The notes under the pieces are model-generated. The model saw only the letters and a list, made by a program, of their open reading frames with translations. It was not told the DNA's origin and made no database searches. From Haliotis rubra (Eukaryota), in assembly GCF_003918875.1 (NCBI RefSeq), contig NW_025766414.1, positions 1,054,001 through 1,118,000 on the forward strand: 64,000 bases of DNA, in the 5' to 3' direction. Each line of letters opens with the position of its first letter. Within the stretch, counting starts at the first letter, position 1. This document shows positions 14,034-27,000 of the stretch, in pieces. Position numbers and translations under genes: made by a program.

Positions 14034-14260
14034 ACCCGTGAAGATCCGGGTTAGAATTGATCTTCAATAACCCATGCTTGTCGTAAGAGGCGACTGACGG
14101 AATCGCTGACTTGGTTGACACATGCCATCGTATCCCAGTTGTGTAGAACGAGGCTCGTGCTGTTGATCACTGGATTGTCTGGTCCAGACTCGATTATTAT
14201 TTACAGACCGCCGCCATACAGCTGGAATATTGCTGAGTGCGGCGTTTAACAACCACCAAA
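14034..14260 (+). mobile_element. Family B SINE-like repeat
   Basis: ACCCGTGAAGATCCGGGTTAGAATTGATCTTC...GCTGGAATATTGCTGAGTGCGGCGTT. Confidence 0.8.
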
Positions 14261-14959
14261 TCCAATGTGTTCTAAAGCATTTGACACCAAATACGTTTGA
14301 CATCAAATAGAAGCAGACTGGAATGTAAAAATACAAGCTGGTATGTACAATATTTATAACATCGTATGTGATTTCAGGTCTGTGGTGTAATGGAATATAA
14401 GGAATCTGCGCATTCATTTATAATTAACTTTTGAAACCTAACTCTACTACATATCAATCAATACCGCATACATCACTACCTATATAATCAGGGCAGCCAA
14501 ACGCATAGTTAAGTGGACTTAAAGAAGTTATCATATGCTATGTGTAATTATTTTTTTGAAAACACAAGAAATATATGGCTAGAAAACGCCATGTTAATGG
14601 TGAAGTCGATAAATGATAATTTATTCACGAATGAGAATAACGCTTACAGTATATGTAAATACGAGTAGAGGTTTCTGTCAATCGATAAGAAGCATTTCAT
14701 CGTCTTGACTACAACCTCATCCCGTCTTGGTGTTTAGTCGGTTGTCTGGCTACCGGGAACATCCTATCAATGTTTAAATATCTGCGGCATTGTTTCGACG
14801 TCTAGATGGCATGACAATCAAGAGTTAATTTACCTACATACGTAGGCATCAAAGATATGTACATATACTTGACCCGCATACATTCTGAAGAATGTCCTGC
14901 ATTTAAAATAAGCATGTTTGTCGTGGCCCTGTAGGTCGTGTGTTATACTAATAGGGACG

Positions 14960-15100
14960 TTGGGGTAGCCTTGAGGTTCAAGCGTTCGCTCGTCACGCCG
15001 AAGACCCGGGTTGGTACAATGTGTGAAGATCGCCGTGATATTGCTAAAAGCGGCGTAAAAAAACTCACTCACTCACCGACCCACCCACTCACTCACTCAC
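14960..15100 (+). mobile_element. tRNA-derived SINE, family A, internally deleted
   Basis: TGGGGTAGCC...GCTCGTCACGCCGAAGACCCGGGTT...GCTAAAAGCGGCGTAAAA..(ACTC)n. Confidence 0.85.
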
Positions 15101-15915
15101 TTAAAACTAATAATACCTCGTGTTATATATGTGAAAAACGTGTTCCATACATTATGGCATTATGTTATCAATACAGTAGATTTCAAAAGTGCACACGTTT
15201 AGCGCGAAGACTGCTTGACACCCAGTGGTCCAGTGATCTGATTGTTTCGAGATTTTTGTTACCAGGTAGAGGTGTGGAATTGAGATAGATATTGGTGTAG
15301 ATAGGCTTACTACCACCAAGAAAATAACAGTTACTGATTTGAATGTAGCTATCGTTGAGGTGTACATTTATAATGCCATGGCGTCGCTAAAACTATTACT
15401 CCTGACATTTCACGTCATGCATGGACAGCACCTCATGCAAGTATACACGAAGAAGCAAAGTCTGTGCGCCCTCAGGGTAACTCACAAACAATAATGTTGT
15501 GGACCTTTGCACAAGTATGAAAGTGCCTTCGAAACAGTATCTCAATTTAAATTACATTCGTGACATCGTTCTATTGTTTTAACACTTAAATATTTATAAG
15601 GAGTGGAGAGATACCAAAGAAATGGAGCACGTGTTACATATTGTCTACACGTTAAGCGGGTAGCGGGTATACGGACAACAGCGTGAGCGTCTTAATGAGG
15701 GTCCGCTTCAAAACCGGTTATTATTTTAATTGTAGACCTAAACTTCTGCATTAGTGTGTAGGAAATGTTTTACCAGGTCACATTAAATATAAATCAAGGA
15801 GTGGAATATCCTCCAATTCACAATTCCGCTGCCTGAAAGTTTGGCAAAGCCTAAAGTGTAATTTTTCGACTGTTGGACAAGTATCGTCAATCGGGCGGGT
15901 TGCGATAAGATCAGA

Positions 15916-16020
15916 GTGCCGTTGTACTAAACAACCTTAGCGCTAAGACCACCTTAAGTCTGTGTTAAGGCATGGGATTTACGGTCACCTTAGCGCTAAG
16001 ATAACTTTGTACAACGGAAC
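15916..16020. mobile_element. ~105-bp palindromic MITE
   Basis: Termini GTGCCGTTGTAC / GTACAACGGAAC; internal palindrome CTTAGCGCTAAG occurs twice. Confidence 0.55.
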
Positions 16021-16789
16021 GTTAACCCTGTACGTGACAGACATCGGGACAAGATCGTGTCATTAGCAGCAAGTAAGTACACAACACAACATTTCGATTC
16101 TGCTCTTGTTATAAAGAGAGAATTTCGTAAAAGAACATGAAGACGAACATCAACATCTATCCAACTCCGGCCCTATCCCTCCCGTCTGAAGACGGCCTGT
16201 GATTTTGTGTAACCTGAGTCTGTCTCACAGTCCCTGAACCACATTATTTCCCCTACAGCCTAGCCCTCTCTGCAGTGCTAAAGCCCAAAATAAAGCAAGT
16301 CTAGATTTCCTCAGGTTCTTCGCATATTATACAAACGGAAACTTTGAATTTGGAGATAAGTTCAAATTCATGAATAATTTTGTTGGTGTTCCAGACAGAT
16401 CTTGCACCTTGGGCATCTAGTGTCCAAGTGACATTGTGGGCTGCAAGTTTCCCAACAGTAAAATGTTAGGCAGTAGGGGCACTTGACCGGCCCACATGAG
16501 GTGATGACAGCATGGAGATAGGACAGAGCTTAAAAGGAGGGCAAATAAATATGCCTGTCACTTATACCGTTATCTGATGGTTGTATGATGTGACTTCTAA
16601 TTGGTAATGACCCCAGCATGTGTAGCCCCAATGCAGATGTTCTTAGTCTCTGAATCTCTGGTCCCCTAGGGCTCCTTTTCAATATAAATGGGCTTGTTTG
16701 TTACTATCAAAATTATATATATTCAGAGACTAAGCCTTAGTCTAGTGTAACCTCTACAACTCTTGTTGGGAAATCTAACCCCACGAACA

Positions 16790-17322
16790 GTTTGCGAAAC
16801 TCCAACGGGTCCAAAACACTGCAGCACGGATCGTGACCCGAACGAATAAGTGTGGACATATAACACCAGTGCTAACTTCCCTACACTGGCTCCCAGTCCA
16901 AGCTCGAGTCCAATACAAGATTCTCACATTGACATATAAATGTGTCAATCAAACAGCTCCTACCTATCTGACAGAATTGATTGAGAAATATGAACCTTCT
17001 CGGACACTAAGATCTGCTGATCAGTTACTTCTTAAAGTACCCAAAACCAGCCTTAAAAAGTATGGACAGAGATCATTTGCTTACATGGCCCCAACTCTGT
17101 GGAACGATCTTCCCTTGGGAATAAAGAAATCCCCATCATTTACAATCTTTAAAAGCTGCATAAAGACTCATCTCTTCCAAGAGTTCTATAAAGATTGATA
17201 TACCAGTGAAAATATAGCACCTCTACTGCAGTGTTTTTAATTTTGTGTAGCGCCATGATCAGACACCAAGTGCCTGGACATGTGGCGCATAACAAATCTA
17301 CTGTATTATTATTAGTAGTATT
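16790..17322 (+). mobile_element. L2/CR1-group LINE 3' fragment (ORF2 C-terminus plus 3' UTR)
   Basis: KLQRVQNTAARIVTRTNKCGHITPVLTSLHWLPVQARVQYKIL...GQRSFAYMAPTLWNDLP...FKSCIKTHLF is the classic L2/CR1 ORF2 tail; ends in a (TAT)n-like tail. Confidence 0.92.
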
Positions 17323-17326
17323 ATAG

Positions 17327-17364
17327 CAGAGACCATATAATAATAATCTATTATATGGTCTCTG
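17327..17364. mobile_element. 38-bp TIR-only insertion with 7-bp TSD
   Basis: CAGAGACCATATAATA-ataatc-TATTATATGGTCTCTG flanked by ATTATAG on both sides. One arm also occurs at 4541-4556. Confidence 0.75.
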
Positions 17365-17524
17365 ATTATAGTCACCACTTATCTCCAGCCGCGTACAGAA
17401 ACTGGACTGGCCTAGACTATGAACCTTTCGCATTTCGACAAGAGATCATCTATGACATATTTTCGGGGAGAGAGTACGGGTTAAAGTTCCCCCTTCTCCC
17501 CAGACAGGTGTTGGTCCGTCCCCT

Positions 17525-18435
17525 TTTCTCATACAAGTACAGGTCCATTTTGGTTTCTCATACAGGTACAGGTCTGTTTTAGTTTCTCATACATGTACAG
17601 GTATGTTTGTTTTGGTTTCTCATACAGGTACAAGTATGTTTTAGTTTCTCATACAGGTACAGGTATGTTTTAGTTTTCATACAGGTATATAGGTATGTTT
17701 TAGTTTCTCATACAGGTACAAGTATTTTTTTAGTTTCTCATACAGGTACAGGTATGTTTTAGTTTTCTCATACAGGTACAAGTATTTTTAGTTTCTCATA
17801 TAGGTACAAGTATGTTTTAGTTTCTCATACAGGTACAGGTATGTTTTAGTTTCTCATACAGGTACAAGTATGTTTTAGTTTCTCATACAGGTACATGTCT
17901 GTTTTAGTTTCTCATACAGGTACATGTATGTTTTAGTTTCTCATCATACAGGTACATGTATGTTTTAGTTTCTCATACAGGTACATGTATGTTTTAGTTT
18001 CTCATACATGTACATGTATGTTTTTAGTTTCTCATACATGTACAGGTATGTTTTAGTTTCTCATACATCTACGTCTGTTTTAGTTTCTCATACATGTACA
18101 GGTATGTTTTAGTTTCTCATACATGTACATGTATGTTTTAGTTTCTCATACATGTACAGGTATGTTTTAGTTTCTCATACAGGTACATGTCTGTTTTAGT
18201 TTCTCATACAGGTACATGTCTGTTTTAGTTTCTCATACAGGTACATGTCTGTTTTAGTTCTCATACATGTACAGGTATGTTTTAGTTTCTCATACAGGTA
18301 CAGGTCTGTTTTAGTTTCTCATACAGGTACAGGTATGTTTTAGTTTCTCATACAGGCACATGTCTGTTTTAGTTTCTCATACAGGTGCATGTCTGTTTTA
18401 GTTTCTCATACATGTACAGGTATGTTTTTGTTCTC
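17525..18435. repeat. 29-bp minisatellite, about 30 copies
   Basis: Unit TTTTAGTTTCTCATACAGGTACAGGTATG with CAGG/CATG/CAAG variants. Confidence 0.96.
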
Positions 18436-19164
18436 AGACTTGTGGCGGTCTTTCTTCTCAGTGTAACCAGGTTTAAGACTCCCTTTCTTCCCTTCAGGTG
18501 TAAAATACATAGTTTATTCAGCAATATTCTTTTACTGTGTTAAGTCAGCAAACTAGGCACTCTGAGACCTTCGAGGCATGGACACACATGGGGACGACCT
18601 GTGATGAAGCGATTGTGGATTGTTTAAAAGTTGTCCCGTCCCAACGATAACATGAAATATAGGCTAAACAAGCTGACATAATTCGTTTCTCGTTTATTTT
18701 CATATTTAAACTAGTGCCACTCAGCATGTTTTAGGTGGAAATATAATTTATAAGCGATTATCCATTTCAGTAATGTCCACCGATCTATGACTTCGATGCA
18801 GCGAGCTATTGTCAATATTCGCTGGTGATTAATCAATTGTTTATTGAATTTTATAAATACTTTCACCCGACTAAGCTAATGTCTGACATCCATGAATATA
18901 TGTGTACATACAAATCGATACATTGATCGTTTACAGCAGTAAGTAGCGATACCATAGAAACCTCATTGTTACCCATATTGACAGATGATGTGAAGACACT
19001 GCAGGGTATAGATATCCACCCAGGTGTCATGGCGGCTGAACATGCAACAAACAAAGATGGCTATAGGTGTTATATAAGGGTATTACAGATGTAGTTGGGA
19101 CCCTCTGCTTGAAGTGTTTAGTCGACTGGTTTCAGCAATAACGTTTGTCAAATCCAGCTTACAT

Positions 19165-19530
19165 ATGCATACGTTCAGGTGTAGTTCACACCAACTGAAT
19201 ATAGAAACTGGTAGATATATAAAGAAACCAAAACCAAGATTGTGTGAAATGTGTTCCTGTAACTATGTAGAAAATGAGTACCACTTTTTACTGATTTGTA
19301 CTGCCTATGATGATCTACGTAAACGTTTTATCCCTGTCGATGTTTTCACCCATCCAACCTTGTGTAAATTTAATCGACTGATGAGTAATGCTACTCCTCT
19401 TGTTTTAAGAAATCTTGCCATGTTCATCTTCTATGCTAACAATCGTCGTCGCTGCAGCTTGAAGGCTGCCAATGTATAACGTTGTACCATGGGCCGATGG
19501 CCTACATTCACATTCACATGAATAAAGACT
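19165..19530 (+). mobile_element. RTE-X-like non-LTR retrotransposon 3' fragment
   Basis: FRCSSHQLNIETGRY...RLCEMC..VENEYHFLLIC..YDDLR is a C-terminal CCHC zinc-finger-type motif; short 3' UTR with AATAAA at ~19521. Confidence 0.8.
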
Positions 19531-21544
19531 ATACACTTTCCTTTGAAAGACTTGAAAGATTGTCTGTCAGATAATGACCACAAATATGCCTGTAATAATG
19601 AAACGGTTCCAATTCCGATTGTCACTCATTGGTATCTCTAGCTTTGTCAACACTTTAACCGCCCGTTTGTATTTTACCAAAGTGCTAAACGTCAGTTACT
19701 TCTGCCTTTCCTGACACGCTGTAACTTAATCAAAAGGCGTTACACAAACTCACTTACTCACGCATGCACGTACGCACTCACTCACTCACTCAAACCGCCC
19801 GCTCGCTCGACTCACTCACTCACTCAGTTCATGATGATTCTTAACACTATCACCTCATGGTTCTCATCAAACTTAGTAAAAGTGTTGGGTACAACCGATG
19901 ATGAATGTTATATAAACGTAGAATAGAAATATATAATATACTACGCATCAAAAGTTTAGACTCACTTAAAGCATTCACTATATGTTATGTATATATATGT
20001 GGTTACATCGAAGATGAATTTTTCCCCTAACTTGGGGGAACCAACTGCAAACCTTATGCAGATGAACTGCATGAGGATCATGCATCAAATTGCTGAAAAG
20101 CATGTGCAAATATCGTGCATGTGAACAGCTGCGTTTTGGTGTAAAGTTTTGTTAGGAATTCGCCAATTTTCACTCATCATTTATTGAACTCATGACAATA
20201 ATCTTTTCAACATTACGAATTTGTTTTATAATACATCAGTTCATGTGTAAACAGCACCTTTAAACAGTATGGAACAGTTTCAAAATCTTATGATTGGTTA
20301 TCGTATGTGCAGAGTTACGCCCCTTATTTGCGCCAGGCTCGCAGGTTGTTAGTTAGATCATGGGTTCTCCCTTATTATGAACCTTTTTCGCGAGGACAAA
20401 TCTTTGAATTGTTCTTTTGCATTTTGATAATATTCATTATACTTTATTTTATCTGTCTGCCTGTATAACCTGCATTGATGTCAGTCAAATATTATAGTAC
20501 TCATCCTGTCTCGTTTCGTCGATGAGATAGATACTGTTTACACGTCTCACAGTGTTCAAAGTAATAGATCTTTACCTACGTCATTTCCAAAATGAACTTT
20601 TCGCTTTCCGGTGTTTGAACTTACCTGTTTTGAATAATACATGCCAAAAGACCAACGGGGAGAAGTCCAAGCCATTTCTGACCTTAAACTGAAGATCCTG
20701 CCTAAATAATGCAAACAGTAATCACCAAAGGTCGACGTGTAGTCACGCAAATTGCCACGCTCATGCATGGGAAGCGCCAAATAGGGCAAAGCTGAGAACA
20801 TGGTAAATAATACACACACATTACCTATAATGGGGACGTGGTACGAAGTATTATGTGAAGATTAGCAATAGCGACTGAGGGGTAAAATATATATAATGCT
20901 AATTCTGGTCACACAAGTAATTCTTTATCTGGAAATATTAATTCAAATACTTAACATTTGTACTTGTTTTCCATCTGCAGACCTCTATACTATCTGCAGA
21001 CCTCTATACTATCTGCAGATCTATATACTCAGTTCGTTGATACATGCTTGTATTTCGCAACATGGCTGCAATAATGACGATGCGACATTAAATTTTAATT
21101 CGACCATGGATATCTAGTATTTATGTTACAGTCAATCTGTCAAACCAGTCATTTTGTCAAATTACTAAAACGATTATTCAAATGACTAGTAATTAGAGTT
21201 CTAGTTAGACTGATTGCCAGAACAGTTTTAGTCAATCCATCAAATGCAATGTTTTGTTTTAAAGCTTGTCTCAACAAAGGGGTTGTCACAGGTGCACATG
21301 GTTTCTCTTAAACAAACACTCTTTGACATCATACAGCGAGAACACATTGCAACGGGACATGGCGGTCCGTGGACATTCTGGGTGTCATCACCAGTGTGAG
21401 TGACAATGGACAGTTTACAATCGCCTTCCCTGCTAGTGTCCTCCTCCTGTGCAACAGCCGGTGTCATTCAATTCTCACTTGTCAAAACAAGTAATGCAAA
21501 ACACTACACTAAACGCCAAAAGAAACGTTACCCTCCTTCCTTAA

Positions 21545-21763
21545 TGACGGAGATACCTATAACCTATTTTCAACTGGCGTTGTGATGCGTGGAAGTCCAC
21601 TTCTTGGTCTGTCTACGGTGACCCCAGTCTGCCTGAAGCCCTGGATAAGTCTTATAACCGTGATACGGTGGCATCCGAGGGCGTTGGCAACAGCATTTTA
21701 TGTCGACCCCATCTGCACCATCCCAATGGCTCTTTCTCTCGCTTCAGCTGTTAATCGTGGCAT
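21545..21763 (-). mobile_element. Tc1-family transposase remnant (N-terminal HTH)
   Basis: MPRLTAEARERAIGMVQMGST*NAVANALGCHRITVIRLIQGFRQTGVTVDRPRSGLPRITTP, with in-frame stops. Confidence 0.85.
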
Positions 21764-22444
21764 ATTTCTCGTACTTGTGTATCATATCATCTTTTCTAAA
21801 CTCTCTTCATACCCTATCGAATCATTCTACATGTGAAAAGGATGCATATATTGCTTGAATATTGTTGCGTTTTGGCGACTGATATTGCTATGTGTAAACA
21901 GAAAATGGAAAGAAGTTACTTTGCAAGCAAGAATGTTAACAAAGATAATTTTACATGTTCCTAAACATTTTTTCAACTTATCAAAGACACGTTTGACTTG
22001 TTTCACTAATGCAAATCAGCAGAAAATGTTTTAGAAGACTGAAGTCATAGGAATGATTATTTTACAATTTTACACACTCTACAACAGTTGTTTCTTGTTT
22101 TAATAGTGAAAAATGGTGACTTTAAATGGTTTATCTTTGTCCCAAGCAGAATTTTATTTTAACCTTTCTTTTAGACTTCTAAATCACTGTTATTGGTTTA
22201 TTTCGGCATGAACGCAAATAGGACAATTTAACTCTTCTGAAAAAGATGCATTTAACCTAGATATGAATGCATTTGAGATTTTTTTTTTGTGATTTGCATA
22301 AAGCTGAGTTGTGCTCAGGTTCTCTGACACATCGTATGCCGTCGATCGATGCTCATGCTGTTGATCACTGGATTGTCTAGTCCAGATGCATTTATTTACA
22401 GACCGCTATATAGCAGGAATATTGCTGAATGCGACACAACAAAC

Positions 22445-23172
22445 ATTATGATATAGGTATGTGTGTATAAACTGTTGTATTCAAAACTAGCCGTGATATA
22501 TCCATGAATAAATTATTCTACAGTATTTAACTTTCCCCATGATATATCAGTGTGTATACATCGTTGTACTTAAATCTAGTCATGATATATCATGAATATA
22601 TTCTGTAGTACTTAACTCTTGCCATGTTATACCTGTGTGTGTATATTGTTGTATTTAAACCTAGCCATAATATATCATGAAGATATTCAGTATTACATAA
22701 CTCTTGCTATGATATACCTCTGTGTGTGTGTGTGTGTGTGTGTATTGTTGTATTTAAATCTTGCCATGTTATATCATGAAGATATTCAGTATTACTTAAC
22801 TCTTGCTATGATATACCTGTGTGTGTGTGTATTGTTGTATTTAAATCTTGCCATGTTATATCATGAAGATATTCAGTATTACGTAACTCTTGCTATGATA
22901 TACCTGTGTGTGTGTATTGTTGTATTTAAATCTTGCCATGATATATCATGAAGATATTCAGTATTACGTAACTCTTGCCATGATATACCCGTGTGTGTGT
23001 GTATATTGTTGTATTTAAACCTAGCCATGATATATCATGAAGATATTCAGTATTACGTAACTCTTGCCATGATATACCTGTGTGTGTGTATATATATATT
23101 GTTGTATTCAAATCAAGCCATGATATATCATGAAGATATTCAGTATTACTTAAATCTAGCCATGCTATACCT
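22445..23172. repeat. ~85-98-bp tandem repeat with embedded variable (TG)n, about 8 copies
   Basis: TATTGTTGTATTTAAATCTTGCCATGATATATCATGAAGATATTCAGTATTACGTAACTCTTGCTATGATATACC(TG)n; internally a dimer of related halves. Confidence 0.92.
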
Positions 23173-23699
23173 GTGAACATAGTTTGCAGTATTGAACTGA
23201 CACTCTGATATACCAACATATCTACAGTGATGTAGTCTTTCCCCTCCCGACATAGCTCTCCATGTACCCAGTCCCAGGCTTGCACGGCTCAGACAATCGA
23301 TATATGTTGTCGAGCACCACGTATGCCATGGCGGAGGATGACGACATTCGTTCCCATAGCGATCGGGGTACTGAATTATTCACGGATGTAAGGTATAAGA
23401 AGCTTATATCTGGCTTTGTTCAGCGTAACGCCTTATCAAGGCGAATTCAGCAACAGCCTAGATACTCAATGCATCCTAATAACTGCTTGGGGGATTTCGA
23501 ATTATCTTCTTCAATGAGAAAATATGTGTGGGTTTCGATGTCATTACATTCTATTCTCTGGCGCGTGCACCCGGAGAAACATCATTATAATTTCTTTACA
23601 TATAATGAGATCTAAGAAATGAATTAACCATTAAATATGGCCGCATAATGACCACTATGCATTGTTCAAATTTGTCACATTTTGACACCCAACATCAGA

Positions 23700-23985
23700 G
23701 AGTTAACCCTGAAATACTGCATCATCTTGACAGTCATACGCATTGATCTACCCTGAAATATCGTGACATTTTCACAACCTTAGACATTGATCTACCCTGA
23801 AATATCGTGACATTTTCACAACCTTAGACATTGATCTACCCCTGAAGTACCGTATCTTCTTGACAGCCATACACACTGATCTACCCTAAAATACCGCATC
23901 ATCTTAATAGCCATACAAATTGATCTACTCTAAAATAATGTATCATCTTGACAGCCATGCACATGGATCTACCCTGAAATACCGA
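23700..23985. repeat. 44-bp degenerate tandem repeat, about 6 copies
   Basis: CATTGATCTACCCTGAAATATCGTGACATTTTCACAACCTTAGA, period 44. Confidence 0.85.
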
Positions 23986-25759
23986 TGCATCTGGATGGAT
24001 TTGGAATGGAAGTATCATGGCAAAATACTATCGAAAGAGGACCACACAGTAATTACCATGACACAATAATGTGGTGCTGAAGAAAACATGCATAAAATAG
24101 TCATGAGACGACAACCAATCAATATATGTCAATGCTGATACTAGGCATTGTTAAAAATAATTTATCTTAAACTACTGTCCGAGTCACTGAAATTTTCAAA
24201 CACTTATTATTCAGTTTGGTTGTCTCAGTCCAAACGTACATGAAACTAAAAGATAGCATTGACCTCTCCTCGTCGTTCCAAACACATTCAGTTTAGTGAG
24301 GGTCTCTACGCGGGTTATTATACGGGTGTCTTTCAGGATGGTAAATATCCTCTATTCGGATTACACATTGTATTTAGCAAGCCCAGGTCGAGAGTGAGAT
24401 GGCATCTTTATCACATATGACGTCGTCGAAAAACGTGCTCTCTAAACGCTCACGAGCAAGTTGTTTCTGGAATGTGGCATGGGATGCCACATTCAGTAAT
24501 TTGACAAGAGCCAATATAGTTCCAACTGGAACCTGTTTCTTAAACAGGGGTCAAAACATATATTTGTTAAAATATCAATTTCCAACACATTGTTTCCTTT
24601 CGCTGCAATCTGTTAGCGGGCCATCTCGAGTTACTGCCCTTTATCAAAGGGAAGCTACTCTAACACTAGTCTTAAACTGGTTCCAGTGTACGCGACGTAC
24701 AAGTTTATGTAGACAGGAGCTCAGTAAATTCTGTCAGACGTCAAATTTGTCTGCATGACCTCTCATCACCTGTTACGAAGTACGGACCAATATGTGCACA
24801 CAGCCAAAACGACTAACAAGGTAACTAAGTTATCTTAGTATTTTCTCCCTATTACCGATGGTAATTCTGACAAGGACGACGCCATGTTTGTCTGTAACAT
24901 TGAAAGTATTACCTATCAGACCTCACTTTTGCTCAGGTATCAGTATATAACTCAATCGGATATCGGAAGTTTTAATATCACAGTTGAGACCGCGTTTTGC
25001 GGTAATTTCCTGCGTACCACATTCCTTCATGGGTTTCATCCTGTACTGATCGTAAGATGTAAAGTAAACATAATATTCCATTGTGAAAACATTGTGAAAT
25101 CATTGTCCAAATAGGACAAACTGTGTAAAGTTTTGTTTCAGAATCAGATTCTGTATATCGTTCTGTAACCGGGATATGGAAATCAAGAGCCTCATGCCAC
25201 CGGCTGATGGCTGAAGAGATTTAATGTGTCCAGTTTTTGCAAAATATTCATCGTCAGGAATTAATACAAACAATATCACACCGTTGCTCTCATTATATAG
25301 TTACACCTGGTCAATCCGGATACTTCGCATCCCAGAAGAACTTGTTACTCCGCACCCGTGATTCATGTACTAAGTATTCAAATATAATTTATTTCGGAAG
25401 AACGGGAGAGAATGGATTAACGGCCTAACACTCACAGTGTGAACAGACACATAAGACGGTTGTTATCATCAGTAAATAAGCATCATAGTAAATCTAATAT
25501 TTGCCTGTTAGTATTTGTGCATCGGGTTTAGTCTTCACAAGAATGTATGGGTTTCATGAATCACAAACAACTAAGTATCGCTAAGGTATTTTATTCACAT
25601 ACATGCGATAGGTTCCTAACAATATTGGGTGGAGAAAGTACGTAACTATACTACAGAGCTTGATATATGTAAAAGCCTATGAATCGTATGTTCCGATCGA
25701 AGCCATAGAATATTTGGGGGGTAAACAAAGCTTCTTGGTATTGGACAAATGTCGATTTT

Positions 25760-26947
25760 TTACATGTAACTCTTTTCACCAACATCAACCTTCCAAATGA
25801 ACATATTGAATGGGCCCGTGGCACTAAAGTCCATTGTATTTCCCAGGAACCGAGGCACGTCATTTACTGTAAACCAGAGATGACCACTGGTGTCCATAGC
25901 AAAGCTGTCAACCCATTTCATGCGCATATCATCCTTTACCACCTGAGTCTGTGTTTTCAGGGTAACATCATCAACAGACGCCGCCATTGCTATGTCCTTA
26001 GTGAAATCCCATTTGTACACAGCATTCGAATTCAGCGCTCCATAATACAAACTTTTACTTCCAGCTATCATGCCTCCGGTCTGGGAAACTTTGTTTCCAA
26101 GGTTTTTGACAGATCTGCTGATGTCGGCATTTTCATTCGCAAGCACTGACGTGGGAACACGGTAAAGTTTAAATGTGGACAAGGGGCAGTAGTAAAGATA
26201 CCTGTGGTCGGGGGAGAGGGCAATGCCATTTATCGGTGTATGTGACACAAATTTGGTGTGGTCAAAATCGATTGTAGTAGCTGAGCCCTGCTCGGCTGCC
26301 ATGCTCTTGTCTGAAAATGTGTACGATTTGTCCTTTCTGAAATCATAGACAACAAGTTTGGATGTTCCAGTATCGCTGATGTAGGCATAAGCAGGCTTTC
26401 CTGAAATTTTATGAATCACGATATCGTTCAGGTACGTCCTCATCTTTGGAGCGACGGCTTCGGGAAAAGTATGAACTCGGATAACCTTCTTGGCGTTTAT
26501 ATCGTAGATCACCAACTTGGCAGGACACAAGAACTGCCCCGGGTCGGCGATTATGTGTAAACCAGTGTCAATAATCCACATCCATCCAGATACAGGGTCA
26601 ATTTCAAAGCTCTGGGCGAACTGGATGGCTGAACAGTCCCCCACTTTCTGCATGTCCCAGCTGGGGAAGGGTTTGAGGATGGCCTCCCCATCTTTCTGTA
26701 CTACTACATTAACAGTAGATGGAACGCCCTTTTTAGTACGAGGAATCGTCAAGTACACGCTGTCTTTGTAAATCTTTATGCCTGAGATGAGGTTATTTTT
26801 TATGATGAAGCTTCCGTTTTTTATGGATGCCTGTTTCAGTGAATTGCTTGGCCAATCAAAGTCTATAGCGCGCCATTTATACTCTATGGCGGAATCTGCA
26901 AACCTGCTGCCGAGAACGGCGACCAGGAGGACTGTACATGCCAACAT
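25760..26947 (-). CDS. Yellow/MRJP-family secreted protein, copy A1 (395 aa, intronless)
   Basis: Signal peptide MLACTVLLVAVLG. Family motifs W..IDFDWP, ISGIKIY, TIPR..KGVPST, LKPFPSWDMQ..GDCSAIQ...EIDP..GWMWIIDTG, CPAKLVIYD, LNDIVI, AYISD, GIALSPD, WVDSF. The true ATG is at 26947 (the ORF track starts at an upstream TTG). Confidence 0.93.
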   Translation of the reverse strand: MLACTVLLVAVLGSRFADSAIEYKWRAIDFDWPSNSLKQASIKNGSFIIKNNLISGIKIYKDSVYLTIPRTKKGVPSTVNVVVQKDGEAILKPFPSWDMQKVGDCSAIQFAQSFEIDPVSGWMWIIDTGLHIIADPGQFLCPAKLVIYDINAKKVIRVHTFPEAVAPKMRTYLNDIVIHKISGKPAYAYISDTGTSKLVVYDFRKDKSYTFSDKSMAAEQGSATTIDFDHTKFVSHTPINGIALSPDHRYLYYCPLSTFKLYRVPTSVLANENADISRSVKNLGNKVSQTGGMIAGSKSLYYGALNSNAVYKWDFTKDIAMAASVDDVTLKTQTQVVKDDMRMKWVDSFAMDTSGHLWFTVNDVPRFLGNTMDFSATGPFNMFIWKVDVGEKSYM

Positions 26948-26992
26948 GGTCAAGTCGTATGCTGGACTGTCTCAGTTTGTCACAGTCGGAAG

Positions 26993-27000
26993 CTATATAG
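26993..27000 (-). promoter_or_regulatory. TATA-like box of yellow A1
   Basis: CTATATAG about 47 bp upstream of the ATG. Confidence 0.5.

Noticed and set aside
22619-23285. Hydrophobic repetitive ORFs resembling membrane proteins
   Set aside because: Translation of the ~87-bp tandem repeat.
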